In this document: positions 1-9,797 of the stretch, one piece after another | How positions within the stretch are numbered: position 1 is the first letter of the stretch | How the letters are laid out: each line of letters starts with the position of its first letter | Origin: Candidatus Woesearchaeota archaeon | GTDB lineage: Archaea; Nanobdellota; Nanobdellia; Pacearchaeales; GW2011-AR1 | Assembly (NCBI GenBank): GCA_964545065.1 | Contig: CAZJEO010000002.1 | Span: forward strand, 68,879 to 132,878 | Direction of reading: 5' to 3' | DNA: 64,000 nucleotides | Notes under the pieces: generated by a model | Told to the model about the DNA's origin: nothing | Database searches by the model: none | The model's input: the letters and a program-made list of their open reading frames with translations, nothing else | Translations under genes and position numbers: made by a program

Positions 1-2
1 TA

Positions 3-458
3 TTGAAATATTCTGCAGGAGATGAAATTACTATAACTACAATTGTTGATGATGAAACAAAAATTTATGATGTTGTTCTTGACGCGCATCCAGCTAAAGA
101 AAATACTGCTTACTTAGGAATTGGATTTTCAAATCAAAAGGGTTCAGGTGTGATGGGAAGTATTATTGCTAAAATATCTTCTTTCAAGAAACCTAATGTA
201 TTATATAATGCCAAGTTTGGAGCTGGAGAATTTATTTATGATTTATTATGGTGGTTGGTTTTAGTTAGCTTTAGTATTGCCTTGGTGAATATGCTTCCAG
301 TAGGAATCTTTGACGGAGGAAGATTTTTCTTCTTAACGATTTTGGCAATCACAAAAAGCGAGAAAGTTGCAAAGAAAGCATTTTCAATAATAACTTACTT
401 GTTCTTATTATTGCTTTTTGTTATTATGGCTTTTTGGGCTATAAGTTTTTTTAAGTGA
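3..458 (+). CDS. Peptidase M50 (site-2 protease) family membrane protein, C-terminal part (5' end lies outside the window)
   Basis: ORF is open to the window edge. LVNMLPVGIFDGGRFF resembles the M50 NxxPxxxLDGG motif and is followed by a hydrophobic C-terminal segment. Confidence 0.55.
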   Translation: MKYSAGDEITITTIVDDETKIYDVVLDAHPAKENTAYLGIGFSNQKGSGVMGSIIAKISSFKKPNVLYNAKFGAGEFIYDLLWWLVLVSFSIALVNMLPVGIFDGGRFFFLTILAITKSEKVAKKAFSIITYLFLLLLFVIMAFWAISFFK

Positions 459-509
459 TTATTTTTTCAGTATACAAATACTTATAAGTTAAAATATTGA
501 GTAAGAGGT

Positions 510-719
510 ATGGCAACTTTAGTAACAAAGTTTGAAAAAGGATATCAAGGTATGCAAGAAGGGATTTCGATAGATAATGAAGATATGGAGGAAGTTGGAA
601 GATTTACTTCTGGGAAAACTGCAGAGGAAAGAGATAATTTGGTAAGACTTCTTGGTGGAGATCATTATTGGGAAGATGATAGATGGACTTATGCTGGTAA
701 GTTTGAACCAAAGAGATAA
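510..719 (+). CDS. Hypothetical small protein (69 aa)
   Basis: Intact ORF in a gene-dense context. No recognisable motif. Confidence 0.35.
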   Translation: MATLVTKFEKGYQGMQEGISIDNEDMEEVGRFTSGKTAEERDNLVRLLGGDHYWEDDRWTYAGKFEPKR

Positions 720-749
720 TTTTAAAACATAATTCTTATTTCTTTTTTT

Positions 750-1808
750 ATGATACCAGAGAAAGTTAAGAAAGTTTTGAAGAAACAACATTATGGACTT
801 GTTGGTCGGCATTCTGCTGTGCAGATTTGTAGATGGACGAAGAAGTCGATGCGAGACGAGGGTGTTTGTTATAAGGAGAAGTTTTATGGGATTAAATCGC
901 ATCAATGTTGCCAGATGACGCCTGCTGTGATGTGGTGTCCGAATAAGTGTTTGCATTGTTGGAGGGCTGTTGAATTGACAATTGGAGATAAGTTGGGGGA
1001 GGGAATTGATTCGCCTAAGGAGATTATTGATGGTTGCATTAAAGCTCAGAGAAAATTGTTGACTGGTTTTAAGAAATCAAAAGAGAAGAGAAATTTTAGC
1101 AGAGCTAATATGGAAAAATGGGAAGAAGCTCAGGAGCCTATGCAGTTTGCTATTTCACTTTCGGGTGAGCCATTTATTTATGATAAGATTGGAGAGTTGA
1201 TTGAAGAGTTGAGGAAAAGAGGCAAGACAAATTTTGTTGTGACTAACGGACTTTATCCTGAAAAAATTAAAGAGTTGGCTGAGAAAAAACAATTGCCAAC
1301 ACAACTTTATATTTCTGTTAATACTCCGAATAAAGAAATGTATGAGAAGTTTCATAGGAGTTCTATGAAAGATGCTTGGGAAAAATTGAATCAGAGTTTG
1401 GAGATAATGTCTGAGTTGACACCACAGGCGTATACCCAAAAAGGGCACGAGAACCTCTCCCAAGGCCCCGATAAATCTTCTGCAAAGATTTCTACTAGGG
1501 GCAAATGTCGTACGATATTCAGAATGAACCTTGTTAAGGGTTTGAATATGGAAAATAAGATGATTAAAGAATATGCTGAGTTGATTAAAAAGGCGAAGCC
1601 TATGTTTGTCGAGGTTAAAGGATTTATGAGTGTGGGATTTGCGCGAGATAGGTTAGGTTATGACAAGATGCCTACAGACAAAGAGATGCTTGAGTTTGTA
1701 AAAAAGTTAGGAAAAGAAACTGGGTTGAAACTTTTGGATAGCCATGAATTTTCAAGAGCATATATTTTGGGAAAGAGTGGAGAGGGGATGAAGATTAAGG
1801 GGAATTAA
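750..1808 (+). CDS. taw1: tRNA 4-demethylwyosine synthase (Taw1/TYW1-type radical SAM)
   Basis: Cys-rich N-terminal segment (CRWTKKS..GVCYKEKFYG..CCQMTP) plus CPNKCLHCWR (CxxxCxxC), typical of TYW1/Taw1. Carries a repeat-element insertion at 1420-1505. Confidence 0.75.
   Translation: MIPEKVKKVLKKQHYGLVGRHSAVQICRWTKKSMRDEGVCYKEKFYGIKSHQCCQMTPAVMWCPNKCLHCWRAVELTIGDKLGEGIDSPKEIIDGCIKAQRKLLTGFKKSKEKRNFSRANMEKWEEAQEPMQFAISLSGEPFIYDKIGELIEELRKRGKTNFVVTNGLYPEKIKELAEKKQLPTQLYISVNTPNKEMYEKFHRSSMKDAWEKLNQSLEIMSELTPQAYTQKGHENLSQGPDKSSAKISTRGKCRTIFRMNLVKGLNMENKMIKEYAELIKKAKPMFVEVKGFMSVGFARDRLGYDKMPTDKEMLEFVKKLGKETGLKLLDSHEFSRAYILGKSGEGMKIKGN
1420..1505 (+). repeat. In-frame palindromic mini-element, long form, diverged copy (inside taw1)
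   Basis: CACCACAGGCGTATACC...GGCCCCGATAAATCTTCTGCAAAGATTTCTACTAGGGGCAAA aligns with the copies at 17558 and 25138. Inner stem AAATCTT/AAGATTT; outer stem GCCCC/GGGGC. Confidence 0.7.
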
Positions 1809-2038
1809 CTTAAATTTGGGTCGTATGTTGATTCTCCAACTAAAACAGTTTTATCTTTTTTTATTACAACGGCACCATCATATCTAATTTCTCTTTCTCC
1901 AGAGGAATCTTTAGCAACAATATAATGACTGCCATTTCTTATTACTGGTAAAAATTTTATCAAACCAACTTCATTTGGAAATGCTACTAAATCTCCTAAA
2001 TCTACATTTACTCTACAAGGTCTGCTTAACTCTTTCAT
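1805..2038 (-). CDS. Hypothetical protein (77 aa)
   Basis: ORF starts directly after the stop codon of the upstream minus-strand ORF. No motif recognised. Confidence 0.3.
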   Translation of the reverse strand: MKELSRPCRVNVDLGDLVAFPNEVGLIKFLPVIRNGSHYIVAKDSSGEREIRYDGAVVIKKDKTVLVGESTYDPNLS

Positions 2039-2398
2039 CTACAAATCCACCACGCCTAACTTAGTCAATGCGGCGAATCTTATTCCCACAGGCAAGTTGA
2101 TGAGGGCTGAGATAAGCGCCATGTGTTCTTTGCCATTGCCAGAGGCAATTGTAACTGCAACTTCAACGCCTTTGATTTTTCCCTTGAGGTTTTTTAAAAA
2201 TTCATCCTTTAAATCAACTAATCTTTTGTCCAAGTTTACTTTAATGAATTCGATTATTTCTGTTTTTCCTTGAACACTAAATTGAGACGAAGATTCATCT
2301 CCGAGAATTATAACTTTGTCCCAGTCGCCTTGTTTAATCAAACCAGAAACTTGTTCCCAAGTTCCTTTCCCTGATGATAAAAGTGCTATTAATTCCAT
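2039..2398 (-). CDS. Hypothetical protein (119 aa)
   Basis: Intact ORF, minus strand. No motif recognised. Confidence 0.35.
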   Translation of the reverse strand: MELIALLSSGKGTWEQVSGLIKQGDWDKVIILGDESSSQFSVQGKTEIIEFIKVNLDKRLVDLKDEFLKNLKGKIKGVEVAVTIASGNGKEHMALISALINLPVGIRFAALTKLGVVDL

Positions 2399-2485
2399 AC
2401 GAGAAAGAAATCAGATTTGTTTTTAAGCATTATTGTGATTATGAATTACATAAATATATTTATATTTAAAAAATGAGATGAGTTA

Positions 2486-2986
2486 ATGAATGATAAAGAT
2501 TTCATGCGTATTGCTTTGGAAGAAGCTGAAAAAGCTTATCTAAATGGGGAACTACCTATTGGGGCTGCATTGGTGATAGGAGGAAATCTTATTGGTGGCA
2601 ACAGTAGTTCACAAGTTGAAAATGCAAATTACTTTAATCATGCAGAAAATATTCTTATACAAAGACATGGAAGAGAAATAAAAAAAGCACACAAGAGATC
2701 TTTGTCTATTGAATTATACACCACTATGGAACCCTGCCTTATGTGTTTAGGGGCTATTGTTCATAATAGGATTACTAGAATTATTTATGCTTGCCCAGAT
2801 CCTATCGCAGGATCCTCCCAGATAGATCCTCCTACTGGATGGTATAGGAGGAAATGGCCAAATATAGAGCAAGGCCCTCTTATTGAAGAGAGTTATGAAA
2901 TTTTCATGAAACATCTTGAAGAGAATCAAGAAACATGGAAAAATGTTCTTTCTACTTATAGAGATTTAAAAGAAGAACTTTTATAA
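2486..2986 (+). CDS. CMP/dCMP-type zinc deaminase (TadA / guanine deaminase-like)
   Basis: HAE and PCLMC (PCxxC) zinc-binding motifs at the spacing typical of the cytidine/deoxycytidylate deaminase fold. Confidence 0.7.
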   Translation: MNDKDFMRIALEEAEKAYLNGELPIGAALVIGGNLIGGNSSSQVENANYFNHAENILIQRHGREIKKAHKRSLSIELYTTMEPCLMCLGAIVHNRITRIIYACPDPIAGSSQIDPPTGWYRRKWPNIEQGPLIEESYEIFMKHLEENQETWKNVLSTYRDLKEELL

Positions 2987-3073
2987 ACCCAAAACTTCTC
3001 TGAACTTTACCGTTAACTACATCGTCGAAGTTCACAATTCTGAACACAGACGCATCATGTAGGAGGTATTAAG

Positions 3074-3145
3074 ATGGCATTAAAGGAAGACTTACAAAGA
3101 GTAAATCAAAGATTTTCACTAATCAATTTTTCAAAATGGAATTAA
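3074..3145 (+). CDS. Leader uORF upstream of rpl1 (MALKEDLQRVNQRFSLINFSKWN)
   Basis: ATG preceded by GGAGG at 8-nt spacing. Its first 15 nt (ATGGCATTAAAGGAA) nearly duplicate the rpl1 start (ATGGAATTAAAAGAA at 3136). The stop overlaps the rpl1 start. It shares the GTAAATCAA..AGATTTTCA core with the uORFs at 15739 and 24078. Confidence 0.45.
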   Translation: MALKEDLQRVNQRFSLINFSKWN

Positions 3146-3765
3146 AAGAAAAATTAATCAAAGCATTAACAGAGCTTAGAAAGGAAAAGGAAAGAAAGTT
3201 TGATCAGACAGTGGATTTGATTTTGAATCTGCAAAAGTTTGATCATAAAAGGAATTCTATTAATTTGTCTGTCAATGTTCCGTTTAAAATTAAAGATAAA
3301 AAGATTGCTGGATTTTTTGAAACAAAGAAAGAAGGTGTTGAAACAATTACAAAAGAAATGTTCAAGAAATATTCTGATAAAAATGAAATGAAGAAACTTG
3401 TTAAGAATTTTGATTTTTTTATGGCTGAGGGGAAATTAATGCCAGTTGTTGCTACGACTTTTGGAAGAGTTCTTGGTCCTGTTGGTAAAATGCCGTCTCC
3501 GCAATTGGGTATTTTGATGCATGTTGACGATAAGGAAATTGAAGAATTGAAAAAGAGAATTAATAATAGTGTTAAAATTCGGGCAAAAGAAAGCAGCATT
3601 AAATTGTCTATTGGGAAGCAGAGTATGAAGGATGAGGAAATTATTGAAAATGTTATGGTTGTTTATAATGCAGTTTTGAAAGCTTTGCCAAGAGATAAAG
3701 AGAATATTAAGAATGTTGAAGTTAAATTCACCATGACTAAACCTCAGAAGATAAAGATAAGATGA
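3136..3765 (+). CDS. rpl1: 50S ribosomal protein L1 (uL1)
   Basis: Length and sequence typical of archaeal uL1. Followed by P0 and P1 in the conserved stalk operon order. Confidence 0.9.
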   Translation: MELKEKLIKALTELRKEKERKFDQTVDLILNLQKFDHKRNSINLSVNVPFKIKDKKIAGFFETKKEGVETITKEMFKKYSDKNEMKKLVKNFDFFMAEGKLMPVVATTFGRVLGPVGKMPSPQLGILMHVDDKEIEELKKRINNSVKIRAKESSIKLSIGKQSMKDEEIIENVMVVYNAVLKALPRDKENIKNVEVKFTMTKPQKIKIR

Positions 3766-4937
3766 GCGAACAAAAACAAACACATGTTTCAGAAGCAAAG
3801 AAAGAGATAGTTGGAAACTTAACTGATTTGATAAAAAGTAAGAAAACTGTGTTGATTGCTTCGATAAAAAATATTCCTGCTTCGCAATTTCAAGAGATTG
3901 GTAAAAAGCTTAGAGGAAAAGCTGTTGTTAAAGTTCCAAAAAAGAATTTGATTTTTAGAGCGATTGATGAATCTGGAAATGAAACTGTGAAGAAACTTAA
4001 GGAAAAAATCACAGATAGTGTAGCTGTTTTATTTTCTGATGTTGATGCTTTTGAACTTGCTGCAGATTTATTGAAGAAAAAAAGTCCAGTTAAAGCAAAG
4101 GCTGGTCAAGAAGCTCCAGAAGATATTTCTGTTCCAGCTGGTCCAACTGAATTGCTTCCAGGGCCTGCAATAAGTGAGCTTGGTGCATTGGGAATTCAAG
4201 TTCAAATTGAAAACGGAAAAATAACTATTAGAGAACCAAGAGTGATTGCAAAGCGAGGTGAAGAAATTACTTCGGGTGCTGCAGATGTTATGAACAAGTT
4301 AGACATAAAACCATTCTCAGTAGGTTTTGTTCCTTTGGCTGCGTTTGATTCTCAAGAAAATAAATTATACACAGATATTAATATTGATCAAGAAAAAACA
4401 ATTGAAGAACTTAAAATTGCATTTGGAAAGGCCTTACCTTTTGCTGTAGAGATTGGTTATTCAACTAGTGAGACAATTAGCTTCATGATTGGTAAAGCTG
4501 GGATGCATGAAAAGGCTTTGGAGAAGTTTGCTGGAGTGGAAGAGAAGGAAGAGGAAAAAGTGGAAGAGAAGGAAGGGGAAGAAAAAAATGCTGAAGCTGA
4601 CGCTTCAGGAAATAAAGAAGTAGTTAATGAGGAAATGCAGAGTGAAAGTGGTGAGAGTGATAGTGAAGAGAAAGTTGAAGAAGTGAAGGAAGAAGTTAAT
4701 GAGAAAACGCTGAGTGAAGAGGAAAAGAAAGACGAGAAAGAAAGTGCTGGCGCGGATGAGGGGGAAGTAATTAATCCAGATTCGCAGGGTGATGAGGTTA
4801 AGGTTGAAAGTGAAGAAGTTAAAGATGAGAAACCAGAGGAAACTGAAAATCAAACTCAACAAGGAGAATCTAAAGAAGAATCAAATGACAATCAAACTCC
4901 TGAAGAAAATAAATCTGACGGGGAGGAAAATAAATAA
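3762..4937 (+). CDS. rplP0: Ribosomal stalk protein P0 (uL10) with a long acidic low-complexity C-terminal extension
   Basis: N-terminal uL10 domain and position between L1 and P1. The C-terminal ~130 aa are E/K/S-rich and lack the GLxxLFG tail. Confidence 0.85.
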   Translation: MSEQKQTHVSEAKKEIVGNLTDLIKSKKTVLIASIKNIPASQFQEIGKKLRGKAVVKVPKKNLIFRAIDESGNETVKKLKEKITDSVAVLFSDVDAFELAADLLKKKSPVKAKAGQEAPEDISVPAGPTELLPGPAISELGALGIQVQIENGKITIREPRVIAKRGEEITSGAADVMNKLDIKPFSVGFVPLAAFDSQENKLYTDINIDQEKTIEELKIAFGKALPFAVEIGYSTSETISFMIGKAGMHEKALEKFAGVEEKEEEKVEEKEGEEKNAEADASGNKEVVNEEMQSESGESDSEEKVEEVKEEVNEKTLSEEEKKDEKESAGADEGEVINPDSQGDEVKVESEEVKDEKPEETENQTQQGESKEESNDNQTPEENKSDGEENK

Positions 4938-5227
4938 TGGAAAACATATACGCGGCACTTTTGTTGCACAAAGCTGGAAAAGAAGTTAATGAAGAAAACT
5001 TGAAAGCTGTTGTAACTGCTGCTGGTGTGCAAGTGGAGGAATCTCAAATCAAATCACTTGTTGCTAGCTTAAAAGGTGTTGACATTGATAAAGAGCTTGA
5101 AAGCGCAAGTTTAGCTGTGGCTGCTGCTCCTGCTGGAGAGGCTAAAGCTGAAGAAAAACCTGCTGAAAAGCCTAAGGAAGAAAAGAAAGAAGCTGCAGCA
5201 GAAGGCTTATCTGCATTATTCGGTTAA
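4937..5227 (+). CDS. rpl12: Ribosomal stalk protein P1 (aP1/L12)
   Basis: [11 protein letters not shown] start, Ala/Glu/Lys hinge and conserved C-terminal [13 protein letters not shown] overlap with P0. Confidence 0.9.
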   Translation: MENIYAALLLHKAGKEVNEENLKAVVTAAGVQVEESQIKSLVASLKGVDIDKELESASLAVAAAPAGEAKAEEKPAEKPKEEKKEAAAEGLSALFG

Positions 5228-5328
5228 TTTTAATTTGAATGTGGATAAGTCCGAGCTTCTTTTAGATGTAACTGGGGTGCAATAATTCTCCATAATATTT
5301 ATAACTCTAGATAAATTTTCTTTAATTC

Positions 5329-7314
5329 ATGGTGTGGAGTTTATATGAAAAAGACGGTAAAGCTCTTGAACCTTTGAAGTTCTCAAATGGGAAATCCCAA
5401 TCAGATGTTGTTGATGAAGTTTTGAAAGCAATTGAAGAGGGAAACAAGATAATTTTTATTCATGGTGTTTGCGGGACTGGAAAGAGTGCGATTGCTTTGA
5501 ATATTGCTCGGAAGCTTGGGAAAAGTTCTATAATTGTTCCTGGGAAAAATCTTCAGGCACAATATCAAAAAGATTATGAGGTGAATAAATATCTTTTGAA
5601 AGAATCTAATTTAAAAAATATTGATTTGGAGAAATTTCCTAAATTAAAAGCTTTGCAAGGGCAGCAAGATAAATTAAAAATTAAAGTGATTACTGGCAGA
5701 GGCAATCATAAGTGCAAGTTTTTAGAGGATAATAAGAATGCTGTTCCTGTTGTGAAAAAAGAGGTTAATGCTTCTTTGCATGATATTTTTGAGGGCAAGA
5801 GAGAAGGAGTTAAAGAGTTGATTGCAAAAGATTTATCTGCGAATAATAAAAATCTACCGTGCAAGATTGAGATTAAAGAAAAAAATTGGAATAGGATTAA
5901 GACATATTTGAAACAGAATAAGAAAATGAATGTTGAAAACTTGAATGATATAAGGGATGTTGGGAGGGCTGCGGTTGCGCTTGCTTGCCCTTATTGGAGT
6001 CCTGTGCTGCCTGAAAAATATTCGCTGAAGGTTTTTGCAGATTCAAAAAAAAGAAGTTATCTTGGGTTGGAGGATACAAGGTTTGTTTGCCATGCAGGAA
6101 AAGAAGGATGTAAATTCTATGAACAATTTGATTCATTTGTTAATTCTGATGTAATTGTTTTTAATTCTATGAAATATGTTTTAGAGTCTGCTATGAATAG
6201 GAAGCCTAGCACCGAAGTTGAAATCATTGATGAGTGTGATGAATTTTTAGATAAATTTTCTAATCAAAGGAACATTAATATTGATAGATTGCAAAATTCT
6301 CTGGTGTATGTATTTGGTGAAGAAAAAGTTGAGATGGCTATTAAGGAAATTAGTGAGTTAATTAAAGAATTCAAAAGAAATGAGAGAATTAATCATGCGG
6401 TTGAAAGTGGAGAGATAATTCCTCTTAAAGAAACTGGCATCTATGATTTGTTTAAGATTTTCTTAGGCTCTAAGGAGTTTCTTGATGAAATAGATGATGA
6501 AAGTTATTTGTTTGATGTTGAAGAAACTGCGAAAATGTTTGAAGATTTTCTCGATGAATCATATGTTACAATTAACAAGTCTGACACAGGTATTATTGCT
6601 AATGTTGTGACTACAAATCTTGCTAAAAAATTTCAAGAAATGATAAACAAAAATAAAATTTTAGTTTTAATGTCTGGAACTCTTCATTCTGATAGTGTCT
6701 TGAAAAATATTTTTGGATTAGAAGATTATATTATTATTGATGCTGAAACAGAGGGGCAGGGAAAAATAGAAGTTGTTAGAACTGGATTGGAAAAGGATTT
6801 TAAATATTCCAATAGAGGTAAATTTTCTAGAGGAGATTATTTGGAAGCGTTGGGCAAGTGTGTTGAAGTGGCGAAGAGGCCTGTGCTCGTTCATGTGAAT
6901 GCTTATGCTGATTTGCCTTCTGAAAGTGAGTTGGAAGAATATGATATTGATAATTTAATTTCTAGAGAGAAATTAAGAGAGACTCAAGAAGAAGATAAAA
7001 CTGGTGAATTAATTGAGAGATTTAAGGTTGGGCAAAGTGATATTTTATTTTCTACGCGTAGTGCGAGAGGAATGGATTTTCCAGGAGAGCAATGCAATAG
7101 TATTATTTTTACAAAATATCCTAATCCGAATGTGAGAGATGCGTTTTGGCAAATCTTGAACAAGACAAAGCCACAATTTTATTGGGATTTTTACAAAGAT
7201 AAGGCACGGAGAGAATTGTGGCAGAAAGTTTATCGTGGATTAAGATTTAAAGAGGACCATGTTTATTTGTTAAGTCCTGATGTGAGGGTGTTGGATGGTT
7301 TTAGCAATCCTTAA
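5329..7314 (+). CDS. Superfamily-2 helicase, XPD/DinG (DEAD_2)-like, tentative
   Basis: Walker A GVCGTGKS, Walker B/DExD-like IIDECDEF, and several Cys between the motifs (KCKF, LPCK, ACPYW, CHAGKEGCKF) suggesting an Fe-S domain. Confidence 0.5.
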   Translation: MVWSLYEKDGKALEPLKFSNGKSQSDVVDEVLKAIEEGNKIIFIHGVCGTGKSAIALNIARKLGKSSIIVPGKNLQAQYQKDYEVNKYLLKESNLKNIDLEKFPKLKALQGQQDKLKIKVITGRGNHKCKFLEDNKNAVPVVKKEVNASLHDIFEGKREGVKELIAKDLSANNKNLPCKIEIKEKNWNRIKTYLKQNKKMNVENLNDIRDVGRAAVALACPYWSPVLPEKYSLKVFADSKKRSYLGLEDTRFVCHAGKEGCKFYEQFDSFVNSDVIVFNSMKYVLESAMNRKPSTEVEIIDECDEFLDKFSNQRNINIDRLQNSLVYVFGEEKVEMAIKEISELIKEFKRNERINHAVESGEIIPLKETGIYDLFKIFLGSKEFLDEIDDESYLFDVEETAKMFEDFLDESYVTINKSDTGIIANVVTTNLAKKFQEMINKNKILVLMSGTLHSDSVLKNIFGLEDYIIIDAETEGQGKIEVVRTGLEKDFKYSNRGKFSRGDYLEALGKCVEVAKRPVLVHVNAYADLPSESELEEYDIDNLISREKLRETQEEDKTGELIERFKVGQSDILFSTRSARGMDFPGEQCNSIIFTKYPNPNVRDAFWQILNKTKPQFYWDFYKDKARRELWQKVYRGLRFKEDHVYLLSPDVRVLDGFSNP

Positions 7315-7341
7315 AAACACTTAATTTTTATATAGAATATT

Positions 7342-7422
7342 GCCTCTGTCGCATAATGGTAGTGCACCGGCCTTGAGAGCCGGGCCCTTACGGGCTTCCA
7401 GGTTCGATTCCTGGCGGGGGCG
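7342..7422 (+). tRNA. tRNA-Ser (anticodon UGA)
   Basis: Hand-folded cloverleaf. Acceptor GCCTCTG/CGGGGGC with two G-U pairs; D arm GCAT-AATGGTA-GTGC; anticodon arm CCGGC-CTTGAGA-GCCGG. Long variable hairpin GCCC-TTAC-GGGC; T arm CCAGG-TTCGATT-CCTGG. No encoded CCA. Confidence 0.8.
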
Positions 7423-7425
7423 TTT

Positions 7426-8220
7426 ATGATAATGGACAAACTTAAAACAAGTGAATTTAAATTAGAAATTTTGAAATCTTATATCAATATGTTTGATGGG
7501 AAGTTTATTAGTGAAGTAAAAGAAACAGAAAATATTATTTATGCTTATAGCGAAGTAAACCCTGAAGACTGGTGGAATTTTGCTCTTCTAAAAAAACCAA
7601 TTAAAAAAGAAGAAATAACTCTGATTGAAGATTTTTTTAAAAAAAGAAAAAGAAAGTCTGCGATATATTTTCATGATGGTTCAGAATTTGAGAAGGTTAA
7701 ATTAATTTTGGGTTATAGGGATTATAATGTGAGCGCGAAAGATTATTGGATGTTTTGGGAGAATGGAATTCCTAAAATAGATGACCAAGGCATTAAAGAA
7801 GTTAAAACAGATGATGACTTTGATGTGTGGTTTGAAACATTTATTAAAAGTTATCAAAAAGATGACCCGCAAAACCCTTATGGAGAGCAAACAGACTTCG
7901 CCCTATTGTTAAAAAAGCTTTGGAGAGAAAGAAAAACAAGAGGGGAAAAATATTTCTTGGCATTTGATGAAGATAAACCTGTGGCAGTAGGAATATTGAT
8001 GAGCTATGATAAAAAAGGATATATTTATTCAATAGGGTCGATTCCCTCGGTGAGAGGAAAAGGATTTGGAAAAAAGATTAGTCTTTATTGCATTAAAGAA
8101 AGTTTCAGGCAAGGAAATAAATTTCACTTTCTTGCGACAGAGAAGGGAGGATATCCTTTTGCTTTTTATGAAAGAATAGGTTTTAATCCAGAATTTGTTT
8201 CTTATTTATACACAAAATAG
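7426..8220 (+). CDS. GNAT-family N-acetyltransferase
   Basis: C-terminal SVRGKGFGKK matches the acetyl-CoA binding R/QxxGxG/A motif. Confidence 0.55.
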   Translation: MIMDKLKTSEFKLEILKSYINMFDGKFISEVKETENIIYAYSEVNPEDWWNFALLKKPIKKEEITLIEDFFKKRKRKSAIYFHDGSEFEKVKLILGYRDYNVSAKDYWMFWENGIPKIDDQGIKEVKTDDDFDVWFETFIKSYQKDDPQNPYGEQTDFALLLKKLWRERKTRGEKYFLAFDEDKPVAVGILMSYDKKGYIYSIGSIPSVRGKGFGKKISLYCIKESFRQGNKFHFLATEKGGYPFAFYERIGFNPEFVSYLYTK

Positions 8221-8490
8221 TTATATATCAAACAGTCTTTTCAAAAAAGATTTTCTCATGCGAATAGGCCTATCATGTTCATCAATTATCTCATATTTTA
8301 TGACTGGTTTTGTTTTTAGAATTGGAGCTTTTTCTACAAGCTCTTGAGTGACTTTTATCAATGCTTTTTCAACTGCGACTTTAGAGTAACCTTGACTTAT
8401 CAATGCAAATTTAAGAGTGTTAATATCATAACCTTTTTTTAGATTCTTCTTGAGATATTCTACCATCTTTTCCATAGGATTTTCTGTCAT
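8221..8490 (-). CDS. Hypothetical protein (89 aa)
   Basis: Intact ORF, no motif recognised. Confidence 0.35.
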   Translation of the reverse strand: MTENPMEKMVEYLKKNLKKGYDINTLKFALISQGYSKVAVEKALIKVTQELVEKAPILKTKPVIKYEIIDEHDRPIRMRKSFLKRLFDI

Positions 8491-8529
8491 AAAAAAGAAA
8501 GAGGATTTGGATTTAAAAATATAATTGTG

Positions 8530-9756
8530 CTAATTTCTTAACATAAAATCTATTTGATTTAGAAGTTTACCTGCAACATGTATGTGATTATAATTATTAA
8601 GTACTGCTTCTTTATTTTTTTCTATAAGGCTTGAGGATTTTTCTATTCTTTTGTTTAGACCTAAGAGGGTTTGTAGTTGATCCATCTTTTCATTGTCAGA
8701 TAAAAAAGTCTTTACTTTACTCATTCTTTCTTCTGGATTCTTGCTATTATGTAAAACAGAATTATCGTATAAAGCACTTAGATCTATTCCTGCTTCTTCA
8801 AAATCTTTTGTAATTTCTGGAATATTCCTTCCAATCAGGGGTGTTCCTGAAACCCAAGGTTCTATAAAAGCAAATCCAAAACCTTCCTTGATGCTTGTTG
8901 AAATAACTAAATCTGAGATTGCAAATAAATCAGCTGTTGTGAACTCCCCTTTACCATAATCAAGAAATTTGTAAGCTTCTCCTATTGAGCAAGGGACATC
9001 ATGTTTTTTTGCTAGGGATTTTATTTCTTCTGCATAATCATCTTCATGGGGAACAGTTATAATGAGTCTATGGTTTCCTCCAAAATTATTGAGTAGCTTT
9101 GTTATTAAAATTGCCTCTTCAATATTTTTTCTTCTCAAGACTCGCACAGGATATGAGATTATTTTTTCCCCTGGTTTAACTATCCCTGACTCTTCAAATT
9201 TTTCTCTTAATTTCTTAGCGTTTTCTTCACTTGTATATAAATTAGATTCCACAATTGAATTTGGAATCACAGAAACATTTTTCAGACCTTTTTGCAAAAG
9301 CCTGCCTTTATCAAAAGATGTTAAAGTTAGAAAATGAACATTATCTGATTTGGGGTAAACATCATTTATATCCTTGAAGAACTTTCTGAATTCTTCTGAA
9401 AGATGAGGACGGTCATCAATGAAATCATGAATTCTGTAAATTATTTTTTTGCTTAGATTTTTTTCTGCAAATTCTTTGAATGCTAGTGTTGCTCTTGGGT
9501 AGATTCCAACTACCGGATTTTCTATGATTAGAACATCTGAATCCGATGAAACTTTTTCTATTTCTGAAACTAGGTCTTCCGCTTCCCAATTAATAATTCT
9601 TTTTTCAGCATAATCTGGTATTGCTTCATTAAAAGGATTGCCTACGAACACAAATTCAATATCTGGCGATTGCTCCCTTAATCCCCTCACATTGTTCAGA
9701 ACCGTTCTTGTCACTCCATCTTTTTTGAAGTAATAATGCAAAAAACAAATCTTCAT
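8530..9756 (-). CDS. Glycosyltransferase (GT-B/GT4-like), tentative
   Basis: Size and C-terminal STSIKEGFGFAFIEPWVSG resemble the GT4 EX7E region. Confidence 0.5.
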   Translation of the reverse strand: MKICFLHYYFKKDGVTRTVLNNVRGLREQSPDIEFVFVGNPFNEAIPDYAEKRIINWEAEDLVSEIEKVSSDSDVLIIENPVVGIYPRATLAFKEFAEKNLSKKIIYRIHDFIDDRPHLSEEFRKFFKDINDVYPKSDNVHFLTLTSFDKGRLLQKGLKNVSVIPNSIVESNLYTSEENAKKLREKFEESGIVKPGEKIISYPVRVLRRKNIEEAILITKLLNNFGGNHRLIITVPHEDDYAEEIKSLAKKHDVPCSIGEAYKFLDYGKGEFTTADLFAISDLVISTSIKEGFGFAFIEPWVSGTPLIGRNIPEITKDFEEAGIDLSALYDNSVLHNSKNPEERMSKVKTFLSDNEKMDQLQTLLGLNKRIEKSSSLIEKNKEAVLNNYNHIHVAGKLLNQIDFMLRN

Positions 9757-9797
9757 TTATTAAAAGAAGAATCAAAGTTTAAAAATATGATTGTGAA

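Noticed and set aside
2039-2041. TAG stop immediately followed by an ATG (two adjacent minus-strand ORFs) as possible stop-codon readthrough or recoding
   Set aside because: TAG, TAA and TGA all appear as ordinary stops of conserved genes in this window, and there is no Pyl or recoding context. A simple adjacent gene pair is the most economical reading.
2987-3073. L1 autoregulatory mRNA site (23S rRNA mimic) upstream of rpl1
   Set aside because: I could not recognise the L1-binding helix/loop by eye. Only a TCTGAAC direct repeat is present. The uORF and duplication pattern explains the leader better.
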